64,000 nt of DNA, from assembly GCA_018694835.1 (NCBI GenBank), contig JABHOG010000015.1, forward strand, positions 7,362 through 71,361, in the 5' to 3' direction. The translations under genes and the position numbers were made by a program. This document shows positions 55,626 to 64,000 of the stretch, in pieces. This DNA comes from Planctomycetota bacterium. GTDB taxonomy: Bacteria > Planctomycetota > UBA8108 > UBA1146. Numbering within the stretch: position 1 is the stretch's first letter; the number at the start of each line of letters is the position of its first letter. The notes beneath the pieces were generated by a model. It was not told the DNA's origin and searched no databases. It saw only the letters and a program-made list of their open reading frames with translations.

Positions 55626-56656
55626 TCGCCCCCCTCTTGAGGATTCACCAGATGACAGCGCACCTCGTGACCCTCCGCTACTCTCCTCAGTTCGGGAGAC
55701 TCTACATGGCAACGATCTTCCGCGAGTGGGCATCGAGTACAGAATCGACAGCCTTGGGGCCAGTCGAAGATGTTGGGAACCATTCCGGGAATCGTGGTCA
55801 ACTCACCCTGTTCTTCATCCAGTTCAGGTCGTGGCAAACTGCGGAGTAATCCCTGGGTATAGGGGTGCTGAGGATTCTTGAACAAATCGCGCACAGGAGC
55901 CACTTCCTGGATCTTTCCGCCGTACATCACGACCACCCGATCACAGGTCTCGGCGACCACTGCCAGGTCATGGGTGATGAGCAGGATGGAAGCTCCCTCT
56001 TGCTGATCCTTCATCTCCATCATCAGATCCAGGATCTGCGCCTGGATCGTCACATCGAGCGCGGTCGTCGGCTCATCGGCGATCAAAAGGGCCGGCTCCA
56101 GTGACAGGGCCATGGCGATCATCACGCGCTGCCGCATTCCACCGGAGAACTGATGAGGATAGGCAGACATCTGTGTCTCGGCATCGGAGATGCCGACTTT
56201 CTCCAGCATCTCCACCGAACGCTGGTGCGCTTCCACCTTGGAACAGCCTCTGTGCCGGACGATGCCTTCACGCAACTGAAAACCGATGGTGTAAACAGGA
56301 TTGAGCGCAGTCATCGGTTCCTGAAAAATCATCGCGATCTCTCGACCTCGAATGTTTCGCATTTCATCGTAGGAAAGCGCCAGTAGATCCTGGCCCTTGA
56401 AGATAGCGGAGCCCTGCTCGATGGTTCCAGGAGGATCTGGAACCAGTTTGAGCAAGGACAGAGATGTCACCGACTTGCCGCAGCCGGACTCCCCCACCAG
56501 GCCGAGTACTTCTCCTGGCATCACATCAAAACTGACGCCATCGACGGCACGGGCGGTTTGGCCCTCGACCGAGAAGGAGGTGTGCAGATTTCGCACCTGC
56601 AACAGCGGCGTCGTTGCGTCTCCGCTGGATTCGTGGTTCTGATTCATCCCCATCAC
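55622..56656 (-). CDS. Oligopeptide ABC transporter ATP-binding protein (OppD-like)
   Basis: [33 protein letters not shown]. Confidence 0.93.
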   Translation of the reverse strand: MMGMNQNHESSGDATTPLLQVRNLHTSFSVEGQTARAVDGVSFDVMPGEVLGLVGESGCGKSVTSLSLLKLVPDPPGTIEQGSAIFKGQDLLALSYDEMRNIRGREIAMIFQEPMTALNPVYTIGFQLREGIVRHRGCSKVEAHQRSVEMLEKVGISDAETQMSAYPHQFSGGMRQRVMIAMALSLEPALLIADEPTTALDVTIQAQILDLMMEMKDQQEGASILLITHDLAVVAETCDRVVVMYGGKIQEVAPVRDLFKNPQHPYTQGLLRSLPRPELDEEQGELTTIPGMVPNIFDWPQGCRFCTRCPLAEDRCHVESPELRRVAEGHEVRCHLVNPQEGGE

Positions 56657-58512
56657 CTCAACCTCGAGAAGACCTTGGGATCAAACGCTTCCCGCACGGC
56701 CTCTCCGATCAGCACCACCAGAAACAGGGTCACCGCCAGTGCCATCACCGGCAACAGTACCAGGTGCGGGTAGATCAACAGGAACTGGAAACCTTGATTG
56801 AGCAGGCGACCCCACGACGGATCGGTCGGAGGCAGTCCGAATCCGAGAAAGTCGAGGGAAACCAGCGCGCTGATGTAATTGACGAAGGAGAAGGGGGCGC
56901 GGGAGATCACCGGAATCATCGAGTTGGGCAAGATGTGTCGAATCATCACCTTGAAGTCGCTCACTCCGGTGCCGATGGCTGCCTGAACGTAGTCCTTGGC
57001 TTTCTCTCGATAAAACTCACCACGAATCTGATAGGTCACGGCCATCCATGACCGAAGGATCACGAGAAAGATCACCAGCATCCAGAATCCGGGATCGACG
57101 ATGCTGGCGATGATCATGATCAGGAACAAAAACGGCACCGAGCCCCAGATTTCAATGAATCGCTGCAGCAGGATATCGGTCCACCCGCCGTAGTAACCCA
57201 TGATGGCACCGGCGAGGATTCCCAACACATAGCCGAACCCCATCACCATCATGGCAAAACCGACACTGATGCGGAATCCGTAAAGCAGTAGTGGTAAGAC
57301 ATCGATTCCAGAATCACTGGTTCCCAGAGGAGCTTCCCATGTGTCGAGGAAGCGAGTCATCAAGATCCCTTGATCGTGAAATTTCTTCCCCTCCGACTGG
57401 GCCAAGACCTCGGCGATGCCGACCTGCCCCGTATCTCCATGCTGTTGCTGAACTACCGACAATAGCCTCTGATCAGAGGACTGGTCCGATCGAAGTTTCT
57501 CTAACCGATCTCCATCCAGCGCGTCAGGAGCATCGAGAATCTGCTGTCGTGAAGCGATACGCTGCTGCAGTCCGCTCACGCCGATCGACTCTTGCACCAA
57601 CAAGATTCCCACGACATCGGTGACCGGTTGATCCCCTCCACCCTCGACCACGAAGAATTTCTGACCCGGAATAAGGCTGGCCTCATCTACGGCCATCACC
57701 TCGTAAGTGGGTTTTCCGCCGATGGTATCGGACGTCTGAGAGATCAGGGTTGCCGTCGAGTACCTCGGAGTGATTCCAGGAATCGGCAGCGATGGGCCGT
57801 GCGGCGCAGTGCCGGGAAGATCGAGACGATTTCGCCTCGGACCGTGACGATAGAGTGGCCAAACGATGGAGGCTCTGCCGCTGACAAACACTTCTTTGAT
57901 CAAATCGAAGTTGTCGATCTGGAAATCCAAGCTCTTCAGATCTTCTCGTGCAGCAGCGAGATCCTCCACCAGCCATTCTTCCGGTTCGTCTCCATCCTCC
58001 AGCAGTTCATCGATCTCTTGCTGGGTCTGCGATATCTCCTCGGAAAGTTCCTTCCGCGCTTGCAGTCGCTCCTGAGCAATCGGTCCGAAGGAACCCGCTG
58101 GATCGGCAACGATGCCACCGAAAGCCTTGTAGTCGAGAGGTCCTTCTCCCGGAATCCCGTAGTCTCCCGACCGATCATAGGTCGGGAAGGGACCATCGAC
58201 AAAGAAGAGCCAGGTATTGGCCAGATCTCTCACTGCGGGAAATGCGCTATTCTCGCCGTAGCGGATCATGATCGGTCGATCGTTGACCAGCACCTCGAGA
58301 AATAAGGAGGTGGTGAACATACTGGTGACGATGACAAAGGAGATGTAACCGCGACGGATGGAGCGAAAGCGTCTCAACCGTTTCTCTGCCAAAGGACTGG
58401 TCCTGAACTTGAATCCCAGCAGTCCCGAGATGGTCCTGAACAACCAGGGGATTCCGCGCATCGTCAGAAGCACTCCTCCAGCCAGAACCAGGAGGGTCAG
58501 TAGATAGGTCAT
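56653..58512 (-). CDS. Peptide ABC permease (YejE/OppC-like) with large soluble insertion
   Basis: RRFRSIRRGY, LGTSDSG.DV, YGFRIS, EAA-like DYVQAA, RHILPN, GEAVREAFDP. Confidence 0.88.
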   Translation of the reverse strand: MTYLLTLLVLAGGVLLTMRGIPWLFRTISGLLGFKFRTSPLAEKRLRRFRSIRRGYISFVIVTSMFTTSLFLEVLVNDRPIMIRYGENSAFPAVRDLANTWLFFVDGPFPTYDRSGDYGIPGEGPLDYKAFGGIVADPAGSFGPIAQERLQARKELSEEISQTQQEIDELLEDGDEPEEWLVEDLAAAREDLKSLDFQIDNFDLIKEVFVSGRASIVWPLYRHGPRRNRLDLPGTAPHGPSLPIPGITPRYSTATLISQTSDTIGGKPTYEVMAVDEASLIPGQKFFVVEGGGDQPVTDVVGILLVQESIGVSGLQQRIASRQQILDAPDALDGDRLEKLRSDQSSDQRLLSVVQQQHGDTGQVGIAEVLAQSEGKKFHDQGILMTRFLDTWEAPLGTSDSGIDVLPLLLYGFRISVGFAMMVMGFGYVLGILAGAIMGYYGGWTDILLQRFIEIWGSVPFLFLIMIIASIVDPGFWMLVIFLVILRSWMAVTYQIRGEFYREKAKDYVQAAIGTGVSDFKVMIRHILPNSMIPVISRAPFSFVNYISALVSLDFLGFGLPPTDPSWGRLLNQGFQFLLIYPHLVLLPVMALAVTLFLVVLIGEAVREAFDPKVFSRLR

Positions 58513-58523
58513 CTTCTCTCCTC

Positions 58524-60065
58524 CTACTTGAACCGGATCCGAGGATCGATGAGGGCCCAGATCAAGTCACTCAAGATGTTTCCGGTCAGTCGAATCAGTA
58601 CACCGAAAACCAGCGTGGCCAGGATGATCGGATAATCACGGCGGATGATCGACTCGTACCCGAGTAATCCCATCCCGGGAATGTTACAGACCTTTTCAAT
58701 GAGGAAGGAACCAGCAAAGAGTAACCCGAGGAAGTGTCCGATCCCCGCAGTGATGGGGATCAATGAGTTCCGCAGCGCATGTACATAGATGACTCGGCCC
58801 TCGGATAGTCCCTTGGCGAAGGCGGTGCGAACGTAATCAGCGCCGAAGTTTTCCAGTAGCGAATTTTTCATCAACACCGTCATGCTGGCAAAAGAACCAA
58901 CCATGTAGCCGAACATCGGTACCAGTGTGTGTCGGATCTGATCGCCGATGCAGCGCAGGTACTCACCCTGTTCCCACCATAGATTCCAGTCGGCGGATCG
59001 AAATCCCCCGAGCGGCACAAGATTCCAGTAGGAACCACCACCCAGCAGCACCAGTAACAGAAGACAGGCCACGAATCCGGGAGTGGCGTAACCGAGAAAC
59101 ACCAGCACGCTGGTGGCGGTGTCAAAAGTACCCTTGTGGCGGATCGCCTTGGAAATTCCCAGGGGAACGCAGACGATCCAGGTGGCCAGGTAGCCAATCA
59201 ATCCAAAGTAGATGGAGATGGGGAACTTGGAAGTGATGACATCCAGCGCATCTTCGTTGTAGGTAAAGGAGCGGCCAAAGTCGCCCTGAATGATGCCGCT
59301 GAATGCATGATCGACATGATAATAGGAGCCATTTCGATTCGACTCCATCTTCATCGATTCGAGATGGGTTTGCAGCGCCGCGAAATCCGCCTCGGTAGAG
59401 ATCAATTGCGCGTGTACCTGAGCCGGTAGTCCGCTCTCAGTCTTCTCTTCATCGGTCAGGGCTCGCATGAAACGAGATCCAGACCGTGACCAGCCCTGAG
59501 CTTCGAGGAGACGATCGAGTTGTGCCCGAGAACTGACGCCTCCGGCGAGGAGTTGTACCGCTTGGCCGATCATCTGTGGGTGTTGTTGTCGATCGGATGG
59601 GGTGATTTCCCTGAGGATCGTCTCACCACTGAGTTGGAACTTTCCTTCGAGCACCCAGCGATCGAGATCCTCATTACCGATCCGGTAGGCGTTCCATAAC
59701 GATTGAGACTGCTGCCAGAAGGAGGGATCCAGATCTCGCTGGGCCAGACTCACCGGATCGCGAGTTTTCTTGGGCCATACCCCGAGCCATTGCAGGTAGG
59801 CGAGAGGAATCGGCTGGTCGAGGTTGTAGTACGCCTTCAGTTCATCGCGGGCTTTCTCATCGAGACCACCGCCATCACCGAGGAGACCTCCACCACCGCC
59901 GCCACCCGCTTCGCCAGCCGCCGCCGCCTTCATCTGATTCTCGAGTTGCTCGATCGGCCCCCCCGGGGTCAATCGGAGCACCGCATACACCATGAAGGTG
60001 ATGATCAAAAAGGTCACGGGAACCAGCAGTAGCCTGCGGGCGAAGTAGGTCCACATACCGCTCAT
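58524..60065 (-). CDS. Peptide ABC permease (YejB/OppB-like) with large soluble insertion
   Basis: YFARRLL, PGGPIEQ, GDFGRSF, DYVRTAFAKGL, RDYP, DPRIRF. Confidence 0.9.
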   Translation of the reverse strand: MSGMWTYFARRLLLVPVTFLIITFMVYAVLRLTPGGPIEQLENQMKAAAAGEAGGGGGGGLLGDGGGLDEKARDELKAYYNLDQPIPLAYLQWLGVWPKKTRDPVSLAQRDLDPSFWQQSQSLWNAYRIGNEDLDRWVLEGKFQLSGETILREITPSDRQQHPQMIGQAVQLLAGGVSSRAQLDRLLEAQGWSRSGSRFMRALTDEEKTESGLPAQVHAQLISTEADFAALQTHLESMKMESNRNGSYYHVDHAFSGIIQGDFGRSFTYNEDALDVITSKFPISIYFGLIGYLATWIVCVPLGISKAIRHKGTFDTATSVLVFLGYATPGFVACLLLLVLLGGGSYWNLVPLGGFRSADWNLWWEQGEYLRCIGDQIRHTLVPMFGYMVGSFASMTVLMKNSLLENFGADYVRTAFAKGLSEGRVIYVHALRNSLIPITAGIGHFLGLLFAGSFLIEKVCNIPGMGLLGYESIIRRDYPIILATLVFGVLIRLTGNILSDLIWALIDPRIRFK

Positions 60066-60105
60066 CGATTAGAGCCTGCCAGGTACTCCAGTATCATCAG
60101 GGCTC

Positions 60106-62004
60106 TTATTCCTTCGACTTTTCAGCAGCGTCCATGCGCGCCTTGACGCCCCAGGGATCGACCACGTCGTTCCCCACCGGCAAAGAACTTCCGTCCTTCT
60201 TGGCAGCAGCCAGGCGCTGTTGCAATTCGGGAGTAGTCCACCAGTACGACCAGAGTGAATGGTCATCTCCAGTGCGAGAGATCACCTTCTTGGGCTGGCC
60301 GAAGTGATTCCAGGAGAGGATTCTTTCGAAGGGACCATACCAGGTCAGCGCCACAGGATGCTCCTTGAAGATCAGTCCATCAATCTTCTGCATGATCCGG
60401 GCTTGTTCGGTGATATCAAAGGTCTGGTCATACTCTTCCATCAGGCGATCCACCTCAGCGATGGCGATTCCCGAGATGTTGTTATTGTTGGGAATATTGG
60501 CCAGATCTCCATGCCAGCTGGTGATCGGATTGGGAAAGAGGATTCCCCTCCAGGCTTGCATGTGAACCACGAATTGTCGCTCTCCCACCTTCTTCATCAG
60601 GGCATTGTAATCGACCCTCTTCAGGTCCATTCCGATACCGATCTTCTTCAGGCCTTCGGCCACCACCTGGTGGATACGAGTCGACGAATCGGAACCATAT
60701 TCAATGGTGAACTGAAGGGCTTTTCCGGTGGTCTCGTGGACACGGATTCCGTTCTCGTTTCGCCGGGTGTATCCAGCACGGTCGAGTAGCCGCTCCGCTC
60801 GACGCGGATTGTAGCGAACCTGGCGGTTATCAGGATTCCCCCAGCGACCTCCTGGATAGTAACTGTCGATGTATTCGTACTGGTTGAAGAACAACTTGTC
60901 GAACAGCGTCTTGCGATCGACTCCGTAACAGAACGCAAGTCTCACGTTCTTGTCGTCGAAGGGCCACTCTCGCATGTTGAGCATGTAGCCAGCAAAGGAC
61001 TGCGGCTGCTCGTTATAAATCTTCTGTTTGCGAATCCAGCCGTTACGCACCGACTCGAAACCGGTCTCTTCCGCCCAGCGTTGCGCCCTGAGGACCGTGT
61101 AGTAATCGAGCTCTCCAGCCTTGAACTTCTCGAAGGCAAGTTCGCGGTCGCGGACCACGATCAAGTCGATCTCGTCAAAGTTGTACAGGCCACTGGCACT
61201 GCGAGTCTTGTTCCCCCACCAGTCCTTCTTGCGGTACAACTTGATGGAAATCTCTTGCTGGATGCTATCTTTGCGCAGTTCATAAGGTCCAGAGCCGGGG
61301 ATCATCTTCCAGTTGAACTCATCGAGATAGACATCTCCCGGAATGCGGATTTTCTCCGCCGGGTAGACCATCAAACTTCCCGAAAAGTAGAGGAACAGCC
61401 GCCAGTTCAACTTCTTGGTCTTGACCGAGATGGTTCGTTCGTCGTGAACTACCGGCATCTCATACATGTCATTGTAGAGTTTGGTCATCGACGGATCTTT
61501 GACGTCAGGATCGACCATGTGCTCGAAAGAGGCGAGTACATCATCGGCGGTGATACGGGCTCCATCGCTAAATTTGGCCCGCTCATCGATGCGATACCAG
61601 AAGACCTGGTGATCCTCCTTCTTCTCGATGATCCAGTGCGAGGCGATTCCAGGGATCCATTCGAGGGTTTCCGGATGAATGCCGAGCAAGCCCTCATGGG
61701 TCAATGCGTATATGTCGGTGATGGTGGTCAGGTTCGAATTGGGACCGTCATTGCGCAGCGTCGGCAAGAAATTGGGAATACTGGTGCGCAGTTTTCCGCC
61801 TGGCACGGCATCCGGGCTTCCCAGCGGAACGAACTTGGAATTGGTGGTCCAGGTCTTGCCACCGATCTCGACCTGATCGTAATCCGCCAGAGCAGGAGCG
61901 CCGCCCATCAGAGTCATCGATGCGATGGTTAAAATCCCTATCAGCCAGGGATTCGCGCAATTTTGCGTCAGATGTTGAGATGCGGGCGATGGACGATGAA
62001 CCAT
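60106..62004 (-). CDS. Peptide ABC substrate-binding protein (family 5, YejA-like)
   Basis: PDAVPGG, AKFSDG..ITADDV, GSGPY, YNFDEI; GGAGG RBS before ATG 62004. Confidence 0.9.
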   Translation of the reverse strand: MVHRPSPASQHLTQNCANPWLIGILTIASMTLMGGAPALADYDQVEIGGKTWTTNSKFVPLGSPDAVPGGKLRTSIPNFLPTLRNDGPNSNLTTITDIYALTHEGLLGIHPETLEWIPGIASHWIIEKKEDHQVFWYRIDERAKFSDGARITADDVLASFEHMVDPDVKDPSMTKLYNDMYEMPVVHDERTISVKTKKLNWRLFLYFSGSLMVYPAEKIRIPGDVYLDEFNWKMIPGSGPYELRKDSIQQEISIKLYRKKDWWGNKTRSASGLYNFDEIDLIVVRDRELAFEKFKAGELDYYTVLRAQRWAEETGFESVRNGWIRKQKIYNEQPQSFAGYMLNMREWPFDDKNVRLAFCYGVDRKTLFDKLFFNQYEYIDSYYPGGRWGNPDNRQVRYNPRRAERLLDRAGYTRRNENGIRVHETTGKALQFTIEYGSDSSTRIHQVVAEGLKKIGIGMDLKRVDYNALMKKVGERQFVVHMQAWRGILFPNPITSWHGDLANIPNNNNISGIAIAEVDRLMEEYDQTFDITEQARIMQKIDGLIFKEHPVALTWYGPFERILSWNHFGQPKKVISRTGDDHSLWSYWWTTPELQQRLAAAKKDGSSLPVGNDVVDPWGVKARMDAAEKSKE

Positions 62005-62157
62005 GATACCTCCGTAATCAGCAACCACTACGACAGCGGCCCGGACGCTGGACGACCGGGCCGTAACTGAGAGACCTGGACGGGTCTGAATCGATTCTCG
62101 TCAGTGGGCTCCATCTGTGGCGAATGACGAATCGATCACTCTCAGCACCCGTTACAA

Positions 62158-62388
62158 TCAGGAATCCGCCTTCTTATCGGCATTTTCAGCGCCATCTTCC
62201 TTCTCCTTCTTGACCTTGACCCGCTTCTTGACCTTCAAGACTCGAGTCTTGGGCAGACCCAGTGGCGCGTCTTCACCTTCGGTGAAACGACCCTGGGCCT
62301 CGAGCTGGAGAATTCGTTCGTATCGGGTGAGGACATTACGGGTACCGCTGAGGCCATCCCCGGTCTTAAGAGTCCTGTGTATTGACAT
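62158..62388 (-). CDS. PVC-superphylum small basic signature protein
   Basis: MSIH.TL.......RNVLTRYERI..L...GR.......LGLPK plus a Lys-rich tail. Confidence 0.85.
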   Translation of the reverse strand: MSIHRTLKTGDGLSGTRNVLTRYERILQLEAQGRFTEGEDAPLGLPKTRVLKVKKRVKVKKEKEDGAENADKKADS

Positions 62389-62542
62389 CCGTGACTACTT
62401 CCCACCGGAGTCTTCCGGCTTCGTTTCTTACGATTCAGGAGAGTGCGCCGCAGGTAAACCCCATGTGGGTCCAGACCTCAACACAGCTGATTGCTCCTCC
62501 GGAACGACGGCTCGCTCAGTCGTAGGGTTCCAGGAAATAATT

Positions 62543-62571
62543 AGGATAACCATCGGCCCGTTCGTCGGCAA
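62543..62571 (-). promoter_or_regulatory. sigma70 promoter upstream of the signature-protein gene
   Basis: TTGCCG-17 nt-TATCCT on the minus strand. Confidence 0.5.
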
Positions 62572-62650
62572 GGGAAGCCACGGATCCGGGGGGGGTTGCC
62601 GGGGCCGGGACCGGAGCCCATGATCGCCTCCGGAATCGAGAGGGGAATCG

Positions 62651-64000
62651 ATGAAGTCGCTGGAGTCCGCCATCCTGCTGCTGATCGTGCTATCGGCACC
62701 GATCCTGGCGATCTGGAGCTTTCCCTCCTTGCCCGGCCCCGCCGACCTGGTGATCGCCAATGGCACCGATCCTGGCTCGATTCACCCCCACCGTGCCACC
62801 GGTCTGCCGGAGGGACGGATCATCCAGGCGATCCACGAGGGCCTGTTACTGATCGATCCTCGATCACTGGAACCGATCCCCGGCTGTGCGGATCGCTGGG
62901 AGATCTCTTCCGCTGGCACCCGCTATCGCTTCCACATCCAGCCGGGCCTGCTCTGGTCAGACGGCACTCGATTGACCGCTGAAGATTTCCGTCGCTCCTG
63001 GCTCGATCTGCTCGATCCGCTGCAAGGAGCTCCCTATGGCGACCTGCTCCAATCGGTGGTCGGTGCCCGCAGCTGGAGACGACTCGAAACGAGCCGAGAG
63101 CAGGTGGCGATTCGTACCGAGGGCGAATCGATCCTCGAGATCGAATTGGAACACCCGGTCCCCTGGTTTCTCTATCTCTGCGCCCAGACGCCGCTGCAAC
63201 CGGTCCACCCCGAAGCGGACGGCCGAGCGGGGCCCGCCATCGCCACCAATGGCCCCTGGGTCATCGAAAGCTGGAGATTACGCGATCGGATTCGGCTGGT
63301 GACCAATCCCTTCTACCGCGGACCCAGCACGCCCCATCTCGAAGTGATCGATTTCCTCGCAGTAGAATCGGGCAACACCCAGTTGAACCTGTTGGCCGCG
63401 GGGATGGCGCACTGGGCAGTGAGAACACCGGCAGCAGCGATTCCCGTACTACGGGAGGATGCGCAGTGGTCGTCGATGTGGCATGCAGATCCCTATCTGG
63501 GAATCTCTTTCTTTCGACTCAACCTCGAACGCCCCCCGCTCGATGATCCGAACATCCGCCGCGCCATTTCGCTGGTTCTCGACCGCCAGCAACTGTGCCA
63601 CGACGTGCTAGGAGGTGACCCGGAGCCTGCCCTCGGGTTCATCCCCTGGCCGAAACCCGCCATCGAACGACAACGAATCAAGATGATGGAACGTGGTCTG
63701 ACGCAGGAGATCCACGACCTCCTCCCCGGATACTCCGGAATGGCGATGACCTCGGATCCGCAGAAACCGGTGATGACGGCGGCGCAGATCGCTCCTGAGC
63801 AATGGGCGTACGAAGGACATGATCCGGCACTGGCGCGACAGATCCTTCAACGAGCGGGTTGGCGAGTACCAGGATCTCCGGAGGGTCGTGCCATTCCCGC
63901 CCTCGAGATTCTCCACCCCTCCAGCGGCACCCATTCGCTCGTCGCCGAGTGGTTGCAACTGGTATGGAACAGAGAACTGGGTATCGAGACGACGATCCAG
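62651..64000 (+). CDS. Peptide ABC substrate-binding protein (OppA-like), 3' truncated by window edge; not in the supplied ORF track
   Basis: Read by hand from ATG 62651: MKSLESAILLLIVLSAP..NGTDPGSIHP..IHEGL..WSDG..LTAEDF..SW..NGPW. Confidence 0.88.
   Translation, partial: MKSLESAILLLIVLSAPILAIWSFPSLPGPADLVIANGTDPGSIHPHRATGLPEGRIIQAIHEGLLLIDPRSLEPIPGCADRWEISSAGTRYRFHIQPGLLWSDGTRLTAEDFRRSWLDLLDPLQGAPYGDLLQSVVGARSWRRLETSREQVAIRTEGESILEIELEHPVPWFLYLCAQTPLQPVHPEADGRAGPAIATNGPWVIESWRLRDRIRLVTNPFYRGPSTPHLEVIDFLAVESGNTQLNLLAAGMAHWAVRTPAAAIPVLREDAQWSSMWHADPYLGISFFRLNLERPPLDDPNIRRAISLVLDRQQLCHDVLGGDPEPALGFIPWPKPAIERQRIKMMERGLTQEIHDLLPGYSGMAMTSDPQKPVMTAAQIAPEQWAYEGHDPALARQILQRAGWRVPGSPEGRAIPALEILHPSSGTHSLVAEWLQLVWNRELGIETTIQ

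Overview
64 kb of mostly housekeeping chromosome from a GC-rich Planctomycetota bacterium. The lineage is inferred from the PVC-superphylum small basic signature protein, a TPR + ASPIC/UnbV pair, dockerin-tailed secreted proteins and a sulfatase. The window holds rpsB-tsf-pyrH-frr, tRNA-Lys and tRNA-Glu, argS, glyS, gltX, fadI/fadJ, pgk, ribE, rho, a complete mreB-mreC-mreD-mrdA-rodA elongasome operon and peptide ABC transporters. The most unusual items: (1) a MamK-like actin with a translationally coupled coiled-coil partner, and no other magnetosome genes in the window; (2) three correctly spaced sigma54 (-24/-12) promoter motifs, all intergenic. One precedes the MamK-like operon and two precede ORF-free structured regions that look like undescribed sRNAs. 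One of these is CsrB/RsmZ-like with ACGGA hairpin loops, the other ends in a strong intrinsic terminator; (3) a decayed rpoN C-terminal fragment near a dif-like site, possibly marking a small island; (4) two apparent pseudo-enzymes (an AroD-AroE fusion with a degenerate shikimate dehydrogenase half, and a lipoyl-like domain lacking its lysine). All family assignments are by-eye motif recognition; no searches were run.
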